Source: an uncultured virus (IMG/VR IMGVR_UViG_3300021185_003723)
Lineage: Duplodnaviria; Heunggongvirae; Uroviricota; Caudoviricetes
Virus record (IMG/VR): IMGVR_UViG_3300021185_003723
Reading direction: 5' to 3' (one strand)
Length of the DNA: 64,000 nucleotides
A model generated the notes under the pieces. It was not told the DNA's origin. It did not search any database and was given only the letters and a program-made list of their open reading frames with translations. The stretch's first letter is position 1. Every line of letters begins with the position of its first letter. Positions 53,108 through 63,257 of the stretch are shown here, in pieces. Both the position numbers and the translations under genes were made by a program.

Positions 53108-54604
53108 TTATTCTTCTTCTTGGCCTTCTGGAGGTCCTTCTTCACCTTGTTGCTTCTGAATATCTTTAATGTCATCGTCAGTCATCATAAGAATTTTCTT
53201 CATCACATACTCTTTTGAGAAATAGTCACCAACGTACTGAGATGCTTGGTCAAGCGTTGTTAGTCGTTCTCTAAGTAACTCTGCATCTTTTAACTCAGTG
53301 AAGTGATTGTCCCGTGAATAGTCGATAACAATATCGTTTTTCCACGTATCCCAATCTTCCTCTGTGATGAGGCCTTTCATTATCAATTGTTTTTTGAGAA
53401 TACCCTGGAACAAGTGTCCAAACCGCTTGCGCAGTCTATCAATAAACTTTTGAAATTTAAGTTCGTCTCTTGATATTTCGGTAGATCGACCAAGCGAAAA
53501 TTGTGCTTCCTGTTCCAGCCTACTTATAGGAACGTTAAGCGATTTATATAGACGCTTCTGGAAATATAAGATATCATCTATTTGTCCGAGGTTTTCACCA
53601 CCTGGTAAAGTTGAGATCTCTGTACCACGACCACCTTCGCGACGTGGCAGCCAAAAATCTTCAAGCATTGACATATGTTTGCGATCATCTTTAACTGCTC
53701 CTGTGTCTGCATCATAAACTAACTTGTTTCGATACCGAGCCATAATATCTTTCATATACTGTTCAGACTTACCCCGCGGCAAGTTACCTACATCGATATA
53801 GAATATTCTACGCTCAGGCGCTCGTGCAAGTCGATAGATGACCAGAGAATCTTCCATCATGCGAAGCTGATTGATTGGCTTCAGTGCCTTATGCAAATGC
53901 GATACAATTTTTTTACGGCTAGCATCAAGCAGCCCTGATGTCACATAACTGACTGAGTCGTTAGACAACTTAATACCTGATGTTTGGCTACCAGGTTTTT
54001 CTTGATAAAGGTAATACTCGTCTACCTTTTCAACTATCTGCGCGCCTGTGACAGGATCTTTTTTCTTTTTAACTTGTTTGATTTTGCGAATCTTAGAAGC
54101 ATCGATAGGACGAATTTCTTGTACGCCAGCTTTAAGATTAGATTCATTTACGACAAGGTGATGGTATAGACGTCCGTCAATATACCAGCGTTTAAATAGA
54201 TCGTGCCCAACTTCATTGAAGTTTAACATCGATACAATATTTTCGAATTCTTCGGTAATGCCTTTTTTAATCTGGTCTGACACTTCGACCTTATCAAGGG
54301 TCAGCGTTAATGCTGATTCTCCCTCTGAAGCTGATATAGCTTCGTTGGTAATATCTTCGATAGCTGCATCAACTTCAGGATGACCAGATACGCCGCGGTA
54401 CTTCATAATTAGTTGCGCGTTATCTTTTGACTCATCGCCATCCATATTGATGTATTGGCCATAGTGCATACCTGACGCAGTAACATAACCAGCGCCATCG
54501 TCGTCTTGTGCAGGTACAATAGAAGGAAGTTTTTTATCTTCTTCTTTTTGTCTCTTGCGACGAATCTCAAATCCGAATATTTTTAAGCTATCATTTTCTG
54601 CCAT
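53108..54604 (-). CDS. gp20: portal protein
   Basis: YRLARAPERRIFYIDVGNLP, EDFWLPRREGGRGTEISTLPGG. Confidence 0.98.
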   Translation of the reverse strand: MAENDSLKIFGFEIRRKRQKEEDKKLPSIVPAQDDDGAGYVTASGMHYGQYINMDGDESKDNAQLIMKYRGVSGHPEVDAAIEDITNEAISASEGESALTLTLDKVEVSDQIKKGITEEFENIVSMLNFNEVGHDLFKRWYIDGRLYHHLVVNESNLKAGVQEIRPIDASKIRKIKQVKKKKDPVTGAQIVEKVDEYYLYQEKPGSQTSGIKLSNDSVSYVTSGLLDASRKKIVSHLHKALKPINQLRMMEDSLVIYRLARAPERRIFYIDVGNLPRGKSEQYMKDIMARYRNKLVYDADTGAVKDDRKHMSMLEDFWLPRREGGRGTEISTLPGGENLGQIDDILYFQKRLYKSLNVPISRLEQEAQFSLGRSTEISRDELKFQKFIDRLRKRFGHLFQGILKKQLIMKGLITEEDWDTWKNDIVIDYSRDNHFTELKDAELLRERLTTLDQASQYVGDYFSKEYVMKKILMMTDDDIKDIQKQQGEEGPPEGQEEE

Positions 54605-54619
54605 GATTACGTCCTATTT

Positions 54620-54659
54620 AAAATAGGTCGGCGGAACAACCGCCGACCCACTATTTATG
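54620..54659 (-). terminator. hairpin/terminator between gp19 and gp20 flanked by TAAATA motifs
   Basis: GGTCGGCGG-TTGTT-CCGCCGACC then TATTTT. Confidence 0.6.
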
Positions 54660-54666
54660 CCAATAC

Positions 54667-55194
54667 TTAGGAAGTGGTATTAGATGTCCAGTATTGGTAT
54701 GTAAACTCAGTAGTAAATTCTTCGAGCTGATCGTTAGCATCATATGCTAGCTCGATAGGAGACACTGCTGTTGGAAACGCAGCCACAAAGTTGTAGGTTT
54801 TTAAGACTGTTTCGTCTTTATCCAATTGGTCAACTTTTAGATCTGCTTGATAGTCTGTCGGGTTTACAAGACCGGTATTTGCAGCGTGCGCATTAATACC
54901 GTTCATCCAACGTTCCATTGAGTCACGAACCGTAAAGTTCGTGTCATTGATAATTGTTACAGCCCAGGGCTCAAATGTACGATCGCCTGCAATTTGCAAT
55001 TGGCGTCCGCGGAAAGCAACTGGCACGGCCGGTACGGTCGATCCAGGTAACTGACCTGTTCTGCACATGAATGATGTTAATTCAACATCACCGCCAGCAT
55101 ATGCTGGAAAGTTTAGCGTTACTTTAAACAGATTTGGGCGCGCGCCGCCACCTGCTAGTTTTGCTTTAAAATCGTCTACGCCTAAAATAGCCAT
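54667..55194 (-). CDS. gp19: tail tube protein
   Basis: GGGARPNLF, FRGRQLQIAGDRTFEPW, YQYW. Confidence 0.95.
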   Translation of the reverse strand: MAILGVDDFKAKLAGGGARPNLFKVTLNFPAYAGGDVELTSFMCRTGQLPGSTVPAVPVAFRGRQLQIAGDRTFEPWAVTIINDTNFTVRDSMERWMNGINAHAANTGLVNPTDYQADLKVDQLDKDETVLKTYNFVAAFPTAVSPIELAYDANDQLEEFTTEFTYQYWTSNTTS

Positions 55195-55207
55195 TTGTAT
55201 CTCCTCC

Positions 55208-56947
55208 TTATACCGCGCCAGCGACTTCTGAGAAGTCTACGCCAGTACGTACAGCAACAAAGTTAAGGGTAACAAAGTTGATGGAACGAGCAGGTTTGAC
55301 TAAGACAGTAGCGACGAATTCATTTCTATCTATCACAGCACCAGTGTTGTTTGTTTCGTCACAAATAACGCGGAAGTCTGTAATACCACGACGACCTTTA
55401 ATATCACGCAAGAACGGTTCGACGACGCCTGTAAATTCTGCTCGGGTAAATTCATCATTGAATTCGAACATAACGTTACGGGCAGCCAAAGCAATCGCGC
55501 GCTCAATGACCAAGAACAAACGACGTACGTTAATACGATCAAATGCCGAAGGTCGGGCCAGTTTAGTTTTATCGCCAAAGAGCAATAGACCTTGACCAGG
55601 AATATTAGCAATTGGGTTAACACCGTTGCGATATAGTACGTCACGCTCTGCTTTGTTTGGAGAGTATGCAATACCTGTCACACCAAGATACTGACCACGA
55701 CGTGGACCAGCAGGTGAGTACCAAGCAGCTGCACTTACGTCAGTTGCTGCCATAATACCAGCAGTCGAAGACGCAGCCGGAATATGAATAAACTCATCGT
55801 TGTATTTGTCATACACTTTAAGGTAGTTATTATCCATGACAAGGTATGAAGACGATGTGAAAGTCGCAGATGTGTCGGTTGTGTTAGTGACCGGCGTTGT
55901 TGCGCCAACAACGTCTGTACGCGCAGGCGAAGTAACTACGACGCAATCTTTACGAGTGCCTTGTGCAATACTCACTAGATCGTTAACAATTGTTGTTGTA
56001 TCTGTACGTGAAGCCATTTGAGGAGCAATCAACAAATCTACTTGTATATTGTCTTTATCTTCAAACTTATCGTAACCATTGATGTAATCACCAACATCCA
56101 TGTTTTCTGACTCGTCGCCTTGGGTCAAAGAATATTCTTTAACAACCTGAGCGCTTGAAGATTTTTGGAAGTCGCGAGATGATACAGCATCTTGACCAGC
56201 AAGAGCAACGCTATAATCAGAATCAAATCCGCCACACCAAATGTAGTTTGATGTCCGGTTGATTACGTCTTTAACGAAGTTTGTAGATCCGTCAGATGTT
56301 TTTGCGTTTTTAGCAACTGATACAAACGGGAAAGTTTCAAGAACAGTACCACGTGTGCCTGTGAAGGCTCCGTCTTCGTCGACAACTGCGACGTGCAATT
56401 CATCGTTAGTTGCGTTTAGGCCTTCAGCAAAGTTAGATGTGCCAGGGGCAGCATCAAAGTTATTTGCGTATGTCCATCCAGTAAAGACACTGGCACTTGA
56501 TGCTTGTGGGCATACAGAAATTTTAAGGCTGTTGCCTAGTGTTCCTGGCCACTTAGCAATAAATGTATGCTTATCGCTGTCAAGTCCAGCTTTAGCAGCG
56601 TCAAACTGGTTCACATCTGTGATGCGTACATTTTTACCAGCTACTGCTTCGCCTGATTCGACGCTATAAGCATTAAAGCCGTCGGAGTCACCTAAGACAC
56701 GGACAACTTGTAATGCGTTAGTGTACTTAAGAAAGTACGCTGCCGAATGGAAATCGACAGTAGATGTTGCGTTGGGCGCGCCAAAGGTTGTAACTAGACC
56801 TGCTTCATTTGAAATGAGTGTAGGTGTATTTACTGGACCCCAACGAAAGTTACCGACAAAGCCACCGGTCGAGGAAGATACTGCAGGCACTGTGCCAGAC
56901 GCGTCGACTTCTCTAACGGTAATTGCCGGAGATTCTGAAAATGCCAT
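55208..56947 (-). CDS. gp18: tail sheath protein
   Basis: FRWGPV, SPAGPRRG, FDRINVRRLF, KPARSINF. Confidence 0.97.
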   Translation of the reverse strand: MAFSESPAITVREVDASGTVPAVSSSTGGFVGNFRWGPVNTPTLISNEAGLVTTFGAPNATSTVDFHSAAYFLKYTNALQVVRVLGDSDGFNAYSVESGEAVAGKNVRITDVNQFDAAKAGLDSDKHTFIAKWPGTLGNSLKISVCPQASSASVFTGWTYANNFDAAPGTSNFAEGLNATNDELHVAVVDEDGAFTGTRGTVLETFPFVSVAKNAKTSDGSTNFVKDVINRTSNYIWCGGFDSDYSVALAGQDAVSSRDFQKSSSAQVVKEYSLTQGDESENMDVGDYINGYDKFEDKDNIQVDLLIAPQMASRTDTTTIVNDLVSIAQGTRKDCVVVTSPARTDVVGATTPVTNTTDTSATFTSSSYLVMDNNYLKVYDKYNDEFIHIPAASSTAGIMAATDVSAAAWYSPAGPRRGQYLGVTGIAYSPNKAERDVLYRNGVNPIANIPGQGLLLFGDKTKLARPSAFDRINVRRLFLVIERAIALAARNVMFEFNDEFTRAEFTGVVEPFLRDIKGRRGITDFRVICDETNNTGAVIDRNEFVATVLVKPARSINFVTLNFVAVRTGVDFSEVAGAV

Positions 56948-57012
56948 TTTTCGTTCCTCTCGAAAATTAAATTATATGCGGGTTCATAATACGATTATTT
57001 TTCACTTATGAC

Positions 57013-57020
57013 TATTTATA
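57013..57020 (-). promoter_or_regulatory. T4-type late promoter
   Basis: TATAAATA upstream of gp18. Confidence 0.75.
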
Positions 57021-57025
57021 ATTTT

Positions 57026-58630
57026 TTAAAAGTCTGTAGTAGAGTACTCTATAGCCCATGGCTGATCTGCTTCAGCCTCTTCGTGGTCAGGCAGACCATT
57101 ATCAACGTAGCCAAATCCAGGCAAATCGTTTTCGATTTCTTGCATTTTCTTTTTAAACATCATTTCTTTTATGTTGATGTCAGTCATATCTGCGAAATAT
57201 GATGTCGACATGAAATATCCAAACAACACTAAATTCATAACTAAATCGTCATGATTACCAGGAGAAGCTTCGTATGACTGTCCTTTGGCGACAAAGGTAG
57301 AGCATTCAATAATTGTCTGATCGTCAACTAACTCTAATTTGTTTTCTTCAAGCACGTCTTTAAATGCCGAGCATCCTAGACGTTTAACCTTTCGTGTCAT
57401 TTCTACGCCTAGTCCGTCAGCCCGTACCGCAGATTCGACATGCATATTTTCATATTCCCAGTCTTGATATAGGCCATTACAAACTAAAGTGCCTTGATCG
57501 TTTGATTCAATTACGACATATGCTGTATTGTAGGAATTCGCCCATTTATAAATAATATCGGGGAAGAGTAATGGAGAAATAATATTATTGCGATATACAG
57601 CAACCTGTTTAAACGGGCGTCCGCTAATGTCGATTACATTAAAAGTGCTATAGTCCTGTCCTCTTCCCTTACTAACATCTACTAGCATAATATACTCGTG
57701 CGCTTTCTTAGGCTCTTCGTATATTTTCAAATCTCCGTTTTCTCTTAAACCTAAATGTGGCTTGGCTCTCAGGCCTAAGAGTGTTTCGCCATTAATAAGT
57801 GTATCACCTGTTCCTAAAAATGTATTACCAAATTCCTGATCAAACTGCAGTTGAGATGTATTACCTATAGTTTGTTGCTTCCACGCTTCGTCTCTGCCAG
57901 GAACATCCCACCAATCAACTCGCATAGGTTTAAACTCGCTGACGCCTTGCAGAGCCGACTCCCATATTTTTTGAAATACGTTGCCAATGCCATTTGCAGT
58001 CGAAGTAATAATAACTTTAGTGTTCTTACCAGATGAAATAACAGGATATGTCGACGTGTAAAACTGAGCATCATTTTCGACAAATGCAAACTCGTCTAAA
58101 TAAAGTAGTGAAACTGACATACCCCGAATTGAAGATCCTGATGTCGCTGCAGCAATTATTCGTGAGTTGTTTGAAAATTCAATCGATCCTTTATTTAAAG
58201 CCTTACAACCCGGCTGTAAAAAGAAAGGTAGATTTTCTAGCATGAGTGTAATGCGTCCAAGCATCTCACGCGCGGTCGCACCCTTATTTGCCATAACGGC
58301 AATAACTTTTTCTGAGTGAAATAAAGCGTACCAGAGCAGATATGCAACTGAGCTAATTGATTTGCCAGACTGTCTGCATGCTAAAACGATATTGAAACGA
58401 TGATCGTTAAAATGTCGAAACATTTTTTCTTGATATGGGTATAAATTAAAATCCACTAGGCCGTCGTCTAATGAAATAACTTTACAATATGTCTTAGTAA
58501 AATATGCCGGATCTTTCATGCATTTAGCATACTCTGCTACTTGCTCATTGGCCCATTGCTGGACTACTCCATCACGTTTAACATTTACATTACCAAGATA
58601 TGTTTCATTGCTCTTCGGTTGGAGATACAT
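57026..58630 (-). CDS. gp17: terminase large subunit
   Basis: RQSGKS, LYLDEFAFV, TSTANG, DVSKGRGQDYS, HDDLVM. Confidence 0.97.
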   Translation of the reverse strand: MYLQPKSNETYLGNVNVKRDGVVQQWANEQVAEYAKCMKDPAYFTKTYCKVISLDDGLVDFNLYPYQEKMFRHFNDHRFNIVLACRQSGKSISSVAYLLWYALFHSEKVIAVMANKGATAREMLGRITLMLENLPFFLQPGCKALNKGSIEFSNNSRIIAAATSGSSIRGMSVSLLYLDEFAFVENDAQFYTSTYPVISSGKNTKVIITSTANGIGNVFQKIWESALQGVSEFKPMRVDWWDVPGRDEAWKQQTIGNTSQLQFDQEFGNTFLGTGDTLINGETLLGLRAKPHLGLRENGDLKIYEEPKKAHEYIMLVDVSKGRGQDYSTFNVIDISGRPFKQVAVYRNNIISPLLFPDIIYKWANSYNTAYVVIESNDQGTLVCNGLYQDWEYENMHVESAVRADGLGVEMTRKVKRLGCSAFKDVLEENKLELVDDQTIIECSTFVAKGQSYEASPGNHDDLVMNLVLFGYFMSTSYFADMTDINIKEMMFKKKMQEIENDLPGFGYVDNGLPDHEEAEADQPWAIEYSTTDF

Positions 58631-58958
58631 CTATCATTTTCTCACTTGCGTCTTGTAGCATACGCTGTAGTTCTGTAGTAGATCCTACAAATACATTATT
58701 ATTTGTTGTGCCAGCAATAGCTGCAGGTTTATCAGTGGTGTGAAATTCTTTACGTTTCTTATGCATGTCCATAAGGTTGCCACTAATATCTGCCATATTT
58801 TTCATCATGCCAGATAAAACTTCAAAAGCCCTAGGGTGTTCGGTAGCTCGAGCTACTTCCATCATATCTTCAAGTGATGATCCACCCTTGGCTAACAAAT
58901 CATGATAAGTTTGTCGAACCATTTCAAAATCATCTTCTGCATTATTTGAATCCATCAC
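58605..58958 (-). CDS. gp16: terminase small subunit
   Basis: EHPRAFEV, NNNVFVGSTTELQ. Confidence 0.93.
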   Translation of the reverse strand: MMDSNNAEDDFEMVRQTYHDLLAKGGSSLEDMMEVARATEHPRAFEVLSGMMKNMADISGNLMDMHKKRKEFHTTDKPAAIAGTTNNNVFVGSTTELQRMLQDASEKMIDVSPTEEQ

Positions 58959-59737
58959 GCACTATCTATCTCTTCTATTACTTCAAGGAAACCAAAATCA
59001 CTATCAGCACCTACACCGGCAGGTGTTGGAGTTACTGTTATTCTTTCAAGTGGATTATCACTATCATTTAGTCCGGCACCAATATCAAGAATATTTGTGA
59101 TAGACTTAGTGATTATGCCACTGGACGAGGTCGGACCGTGGAATGTTATATGCATATCAAAATCTAGTGTGTAGATGATAGTGCGGCGACCTTCCATTGG
59201 TCCTTCGTAATCGTCATTTAACACGACGCCAGTCAAAATAATAGGGACGTCTTCTTTTATATCTTCAAAATCTTCGAACGGCTTAATCGACAATGTATAT
59301 TGTGGATTGAAGTAAGGAATTATTTGTTCGACTAACTGTAAAGCATCATCTTGATTCTTGGCATAACAGCTTAACTGAAAGCTAACAATATAAGGAGCTC
59401 CGGCATATATTTTCTGCCGGCTTAAAATTGAACCTGATACTGCTTTTGCATAATTATTAGTTTTAGGCAGCTGGCGAGAAGGATCGTACGAGACATTAGT
59501 AATTTCAAACGACATGCGCGGCAGTTTAATAGCAACTTTTGTATCTGTCTGCAGATCTGGCATTTCACGAATACGATCAAGAAACTTAGCTCTTGGGCCA
59601 TAGGCTAACGGTACTTTTTGTGTGCTAATAACACCGCCGCCAGAATCTTTTCGAAGAACATACAAATTATTAAACATTGCACCAAAAGTGGCAACAGCCT
59701 TACGTATACGTTGATGATAAAAATAAGTGCCAAACAT
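58955..59737 (-). CDS. gp15: tail sheath stabilizer
   Basis: YFYHQRIRK, VPLAYGP, LPRMSFE, EQIIPYFNP. Confidence 0.95.
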   Translation of the reverse strand: MFGTYFYHQRIRKAVATFGAMFNNLYVLRKDSGGGVISTQKVPLAYGPRAKFLDRIREMPDLQTDTKVAIKLPRMSFEITNVSYDPSRQLPKTNNYAKAVSGSILSRQKIYAGAPYIVSFQLSCYAKNQDDALQLVEQIIPYFNPQYTLSIKPFEDFEDIKEDVPIILTGVVLNDDYEGPMEGRRTIIYTLDFDMHITFHGPTSSSGIITKSITNILDIGAGLNDSDNPLERITVTPTPAGVGADSDFGFLEVIEEIDSA

Positions 59738-60615
59738 TAGCTAGGATCTCCAAACGGATTACTTTCACTAAAGTCTAAGAAATCAGCACCAATGGTATCA
59801 AACGTAGTGTTTTGCTCATTGTCAGATAATTTATTGTCTTCAGTATATGATGCAAGCGTGCCTGTTGCATTTGACTCGGCACCAGTGACGACAAGCGATG
59901 TAACAGGCAAATGAAATTTGCCGTCGCTTCCGCCAAAATGAATAATCGATAACGTATTAGTACTTGATACCCAACTTGATACTTCGCCGCCTAACACCAC
60001 GCCGCTAGGAGTTGTCTGAGTTACTCGTTCACCGACAATGTAATCGCCGCTTGTGCCTGATAGCATTAGATCAAACTCATAGGCGTGATCTTGTTCTATG
60101 CCGTCAATCGTACCAAGACCTGTATCAAGATCTTCGTCTGCGTATTCAAACAGCTGACAACGCATCTTAAATGTAGGCAGATTGGCCAACTGATAAAACG
60201 GCGATTCATGCTCAACGTGTGTAATTTCAAACATGGAATTAGACATAGGTAAATAGATTAAATCGCCTTCACGTGGACGTTCGCCTTGAATTTCATTGTT
60301 AGTGCGACCCACTGTTTGATTCCACCGCTTCTTTGCAACAGTGAATGTAGCTTCATCTCTGATCTCTACACCAAACTTTGTAAACAGATCGCCTTCGCCG
60401 TCAAAGCCTTCGGCGTTATCAATGTACATTTCGATTTTATAGCTGTTGTTAAATTGAGAAGATACATCCTCACCGAAAACTTTATTTTCATTAACAATAG
60501 TCCGTGGCAGATAGTACAGGTCCTGCCCATACATTTTAAGTGATTCAATTATTATGTCTTCGTAAAGTCTCTGCTCGGATCTAACCGCGTCAGAAAAATA
60601 AAGATTTCTTGCCAT
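59737..60615 (-). CDS. gp14: neck protein
   Basis: YYLPR, KFGVEIRD, RPREGDLIY, DFSESNPFG. Confidence 0.95.
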   Translation of the reverse strand: MARNLYFSDAVRSEQRLYEDIIIESLKMYGQDLYYLPRTIVNENKVFGEDVSSQFNNSYKIEMYIDNAEGFDGEGDLFTKFGVEIRDEATFTVAKKRWNQTVGRTNNEIQGERPREGDLIYLPMSNSMFEITHVEHESPFYQLANLPTFKMRCQLFEYADEDLDTGLGTIDGIEQDHAYEFDLMLSGTSGDYIVGERVTQTTPSGVVLGGEVSSWVSSTNTLSIIHFGGSDGKFHLPVTSLVVTGAESNATGTLASYTEDNKLSDNEQNTTFDTIGADFLDFSESNPFGDPS

Positions 60616-60618
60616 GGT

Positions 60619-61371
60619 TTAACCTACATAAAAGCTGGGTGGTAGTTCTTGCTCAAGTCTCAAATTCTCTTTGAGTTGTTGTATTTCCTGGGTAGCATCA
60701 GAATAAATTTCCCGACCATTTAACGTAACGCCACCTGGTAGTTGCATGCCTTCAAACTTAATAAGGTTTGCACCCCACTGTTGTTTTATAAGTGCAGTAG
60801 TATAATCTTTTATGAATATATCGTTGTATATACTCGTGTGTGTATCAGGGTCTAATGTCTGGTATACCTCGGCCACAATGTAATCACCGGCCTTAATATC
60901 TTTATCAGCAAAATCACCGTGTATATACAGTCGATTTTGTTTACGTGCAAATGACACTTGAGGTGTGCCGTTGAGTTTCATATCTAGCATTGACAAGTAT
61001 TGTTGTGTTTGCTCATAGTAAGCAATTCCGCCAACAACCGAGTTAAGATCCCACATGTCGTTGAGCATCAACTGATATTTTACATCAAAGAAATTTCTTG
61101 ACGCCGATGATGTAAAAAACGGGAATAACCTAGATACATATATAATATCAGACGTTATAGGTATATATTCGTTAGTCACATCGTCAGCTGTTACTAAATG
61201 TTTAAAATAAGTTTTAATTGTCGCGTCTGAGTGATATTCTTGATATAACTGAAGTGCTTCATCAAGTCTATCTTCTGCCTGATCTTCGTCGACATTGATT
61301 TCTATTACCGGATCGCCCAACTTGCGCTTGGCATATTCGATCAAGGTATCTCTACTATTAGGTGATGCCAT
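60619..61371 (-). CDS. gp13: neck protein
   Basis: LGDPVIEINV, KQQWGANLIKFEGMQLPGGVTLNG. Confidence 0.95.
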   Translation of the reverse strand: MASPNSRDTLIEYAKRKLGDPVIEINVDEDQAEDRLDEALQLYQEYHSDATIKTYFKHLVTADDVTNEYIPITSDIIYVSRLFPFFTSSASRNFFDVKYQLMLNDMWDLNSVVGGIAYYEQTQQYLSMLDMKLNGTPQVSFARKQNRLYIHGDFADKDIKAGDYIVAEVYQTLDPDTHTSIYNDIFIKDYTTALIKQQWGANLIKFEGMQLPGGVTLNGREIYSDATQEIQQLKENLRLEQELPPSFYVG

Positions 61372-61402
61372 GTTTAATCCTCAAATTCATCGGGTTTAAC
61401 TC

Positions 61403-61441
61403 TATTTATACGTTTACAACTGCTCCAAATTATGGTATAAT
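61403..61441. promoter_or_regulatory. back-to-back late (minus) and early (plus) promoters
   Basis: TATAAATA (minus, 61403-61410); TTTACA-17-TATAAT (plus, 61413-61441) 5 nt before the ATG. Confidence 0.75.
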
Positions 61442-61446
61442 AGACT

Positions 61447-61848
61447 ATGAAAACAGTATTTACAAATGGTTGCTTTGATATTCTGCATCGAGGTCATGTC
61501 GATTATTTACAAAGATCGCGTGATCTAGGTGACAGACTTATAGTCGGGATAAATTCAGATGCATCTGTTCGCAGATTAAAAGGAGATTTGCGGCCTATTA
61601 ACAATGAAGAAGACCGCAGATATATGCTACAATCATTGAAGTGCGTAGATCATGTATACATATTCTATGAAGACACTCCGTATGAGTTAATAAAACAACT
61701 ACAACCTGATGTGCTCACTAAGGGCGGCGATTACCAAATTGACCAGATTGTAGGAAGAGACATAGCAAAACTAACTGTTTCACTGAAGCTGTGTGACGGT
61801 TATTCTACTACTAATATTATTAAAAGGATTTGTGATGACAAGACTTGA
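61447..61848 (+). CDS. RfaE domain II-like heptose-1-phosphate adenylyltransferase
   Basis: VFTNGCFDILHRGH, NSDASVRRLKG...RPIN, KGGDY, YSTTNII. Confidence 0.9.
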   Translation: MKTVFTNGCFDILHRGHVDYLQRSRDLGDRLIVGINSDASVRRLKGDLRPINNEEDRRYMLQSLKCVDHVYIFYEDTPYELIKQLQPDVLTKGGDYQIDQIVGRDIAKLTVSLKLCDGYSTTNIIKRICDDKT

Positions 61849-62194
61849 GGGTATGGTTGATAAGGGTTGGGGCCACGAATTAATCTTTGCGACCAATGAT
61901 AAGTATTGCGGTAAGCTTCTTAATTTTAATAAAGGGGCTAAGTTCTCTATGCACTTTCACGCCATTAAGGACGAAACTTGGTTAGTCTTTGAAGGTCTGT
62001 TTGATGTACTGACCATAAACACAGATGACGCATCTGTTAAAAAACGTAGGCTGCAGCCAGGCGATTCACTAAGGATCGAGCCACTTGTCCCACATCAATT
62101 ATTTTGTATTGAAGAAGGTACTATAATTGAAGTGTCATCGCCTGACTCAGTAGAAGATAACTATAGAGTTGCAAAGGGAGACAGTCAAAAATGA
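61835..62194 (+). CDS. cupin, sugar isomerase-like
   Basis: KGWGHE, FSMHFHAIKDETW, PHQL, EVS. Confidence 0.8.
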   Translation: MTRLEGMVDKGWGHELIFATNDKYCGKLLNFNKGAKFSMHFHAIKDETWLVFEGLFDVLTINTDDASVKKRRLQPGDSLRIEPLVPHQLFCIEEGTIIEVSSPDSVEDNYRVAKGDSQK

Positions 62195-62379
62195 AACTAG
62201 ATTCGCAAATACGTGCAGCTCAAATATACGGCACAATTGCGGCGCATACAGACAGCAAACCCAATCAACAACCTGTCAAAACATTACGACGCAGAGTTCA
62301 ACCAATTGTAGCGACGCCAGCAGTAAAGCCTAAACCGCGCTATTTGCGGCTAGGGCAATACGTAGATATTATTGCATGA
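62191..62379 (+). CDS. small hypothetical protein
   Basis: ATGA overlaps on both sides; ends LGQYVDIIA. Confidence 0.6.
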   Translation: MKLDSQIRAAQIYGTIAAHTDSKPNQQPVKTLRRRVQPIVATPAVKPKPRYLRLGQYVDIIA

Positions 62380-63257
62380 TTATATGGGGTATGGTAGGCG
62401 GATGTCACGATGCGACAATAGCAGTATTCTCTGACGACACACTGCTACAATCATTTACATCTACTGATAACGTCCATAGCGTCAGCCTTATACAGAAAGC
62501 AATGAACGTTGCTTGTCCTGAATTGATAGTGTGGTTTGAAAAGCCCTGGGCAAAAGCAATGCGACAATACATTGCAGGCCAGTCTAAACCATTTACACGA
62601 AACAATATCAAAAAATATTTACAAGAGTTTGGCATAAATTGTCAAATAAAAACCGTATGGCATCATCAAGCGCATGCGGCACATTATTACAATGCTGCTA
62701 AAGTGCCAAGTGTTATTGTAGTTATTGATGCAATAGGTGAATTTTCATGCTCATCTATATGGACAGCAGATATAAACGGTAAGCTCAAACAGCGTGTTTC
62801 AATGAAATATCCTGATAGCTTAGGCTTATTTTACTCGGCTATGACACAACGTTGTGGATTTATTCCGTCGAAGCAAGAAGGTTTAATCGAAGAATTTGGT
62901 CGCGGTTATTCTAGCCAAGCTGCGATTGATGCCATATATAATGATTTGGTGTTTTGCCACCAGTGGAGACCTTTAATGAAAAAGAACATGCATCGTGGCA
63001 TTGGCAATTGGCGGCCCTTTTTAAGCAAAGAAGAAATAGCTGGCGCAACACAAATTGTATTCGAACAACGATGCAAAGCATTCATAGATCACGCTGTTAA
63101 TACTTATGACAATAAACAGGTTATTATTACAGGTGGCTGTGCTTTCAATAAGGGTTTACAGCAAATAGTAAAGGATCGATATGCCGCCTATATCCCGCCT
63201 AATCCAGGAGATGCCGGCTCTGCTGAAACGGCAGTGCTCGCGTACTTAAACAAATGA
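62376..63257 (+). CDS. NodU/CmcH carbamoyltransferase N-terminal (Kae1-like) domain only
   Basis: [35 protein letters not shown]; no C-terminal YrdC-like domain. Confidence 0.85.
   Translation: MIIWGMVGGCHDATIAVFSDDTLLQSFTSTDNVHSVSLIQKAMNVACPELIVWFEKPWAKAMRQYIAGQSKPFTRNNIKKYLQEFGINCQIKTVWHHQAHAAHYYNAAKVPSVIVVIDAIGEFSCSSIWTADINGKLKQRVSMKYPDSLGLFYSAMTQRCGFIPSKQEGLIEEFGRGYSSQAAIDAIYNDLVFCHQWRPLMKKNMHRGIGNWRPFLSKEEIAGATQIVFEQRCKAFIDHAVNTYDNKQVIITGGCAFNKGLQQIVKDRYAAYIPPNPGDAGSAETAVLAYLNK

Noticed and set aside
21356..58630. Introns, inteins or homing endonucleases in gp41, gp43, gp17 and other core genes
   Set aside because: Reading frames are continuous and of normal length, with no intein or homing-nuclease motifs seen
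1083..60548. Many plus-strand ORFs in the track overlapping long minus-strand genes
   Set aside because: Antisense shadows of recognisable genes, with no SD or family motifs
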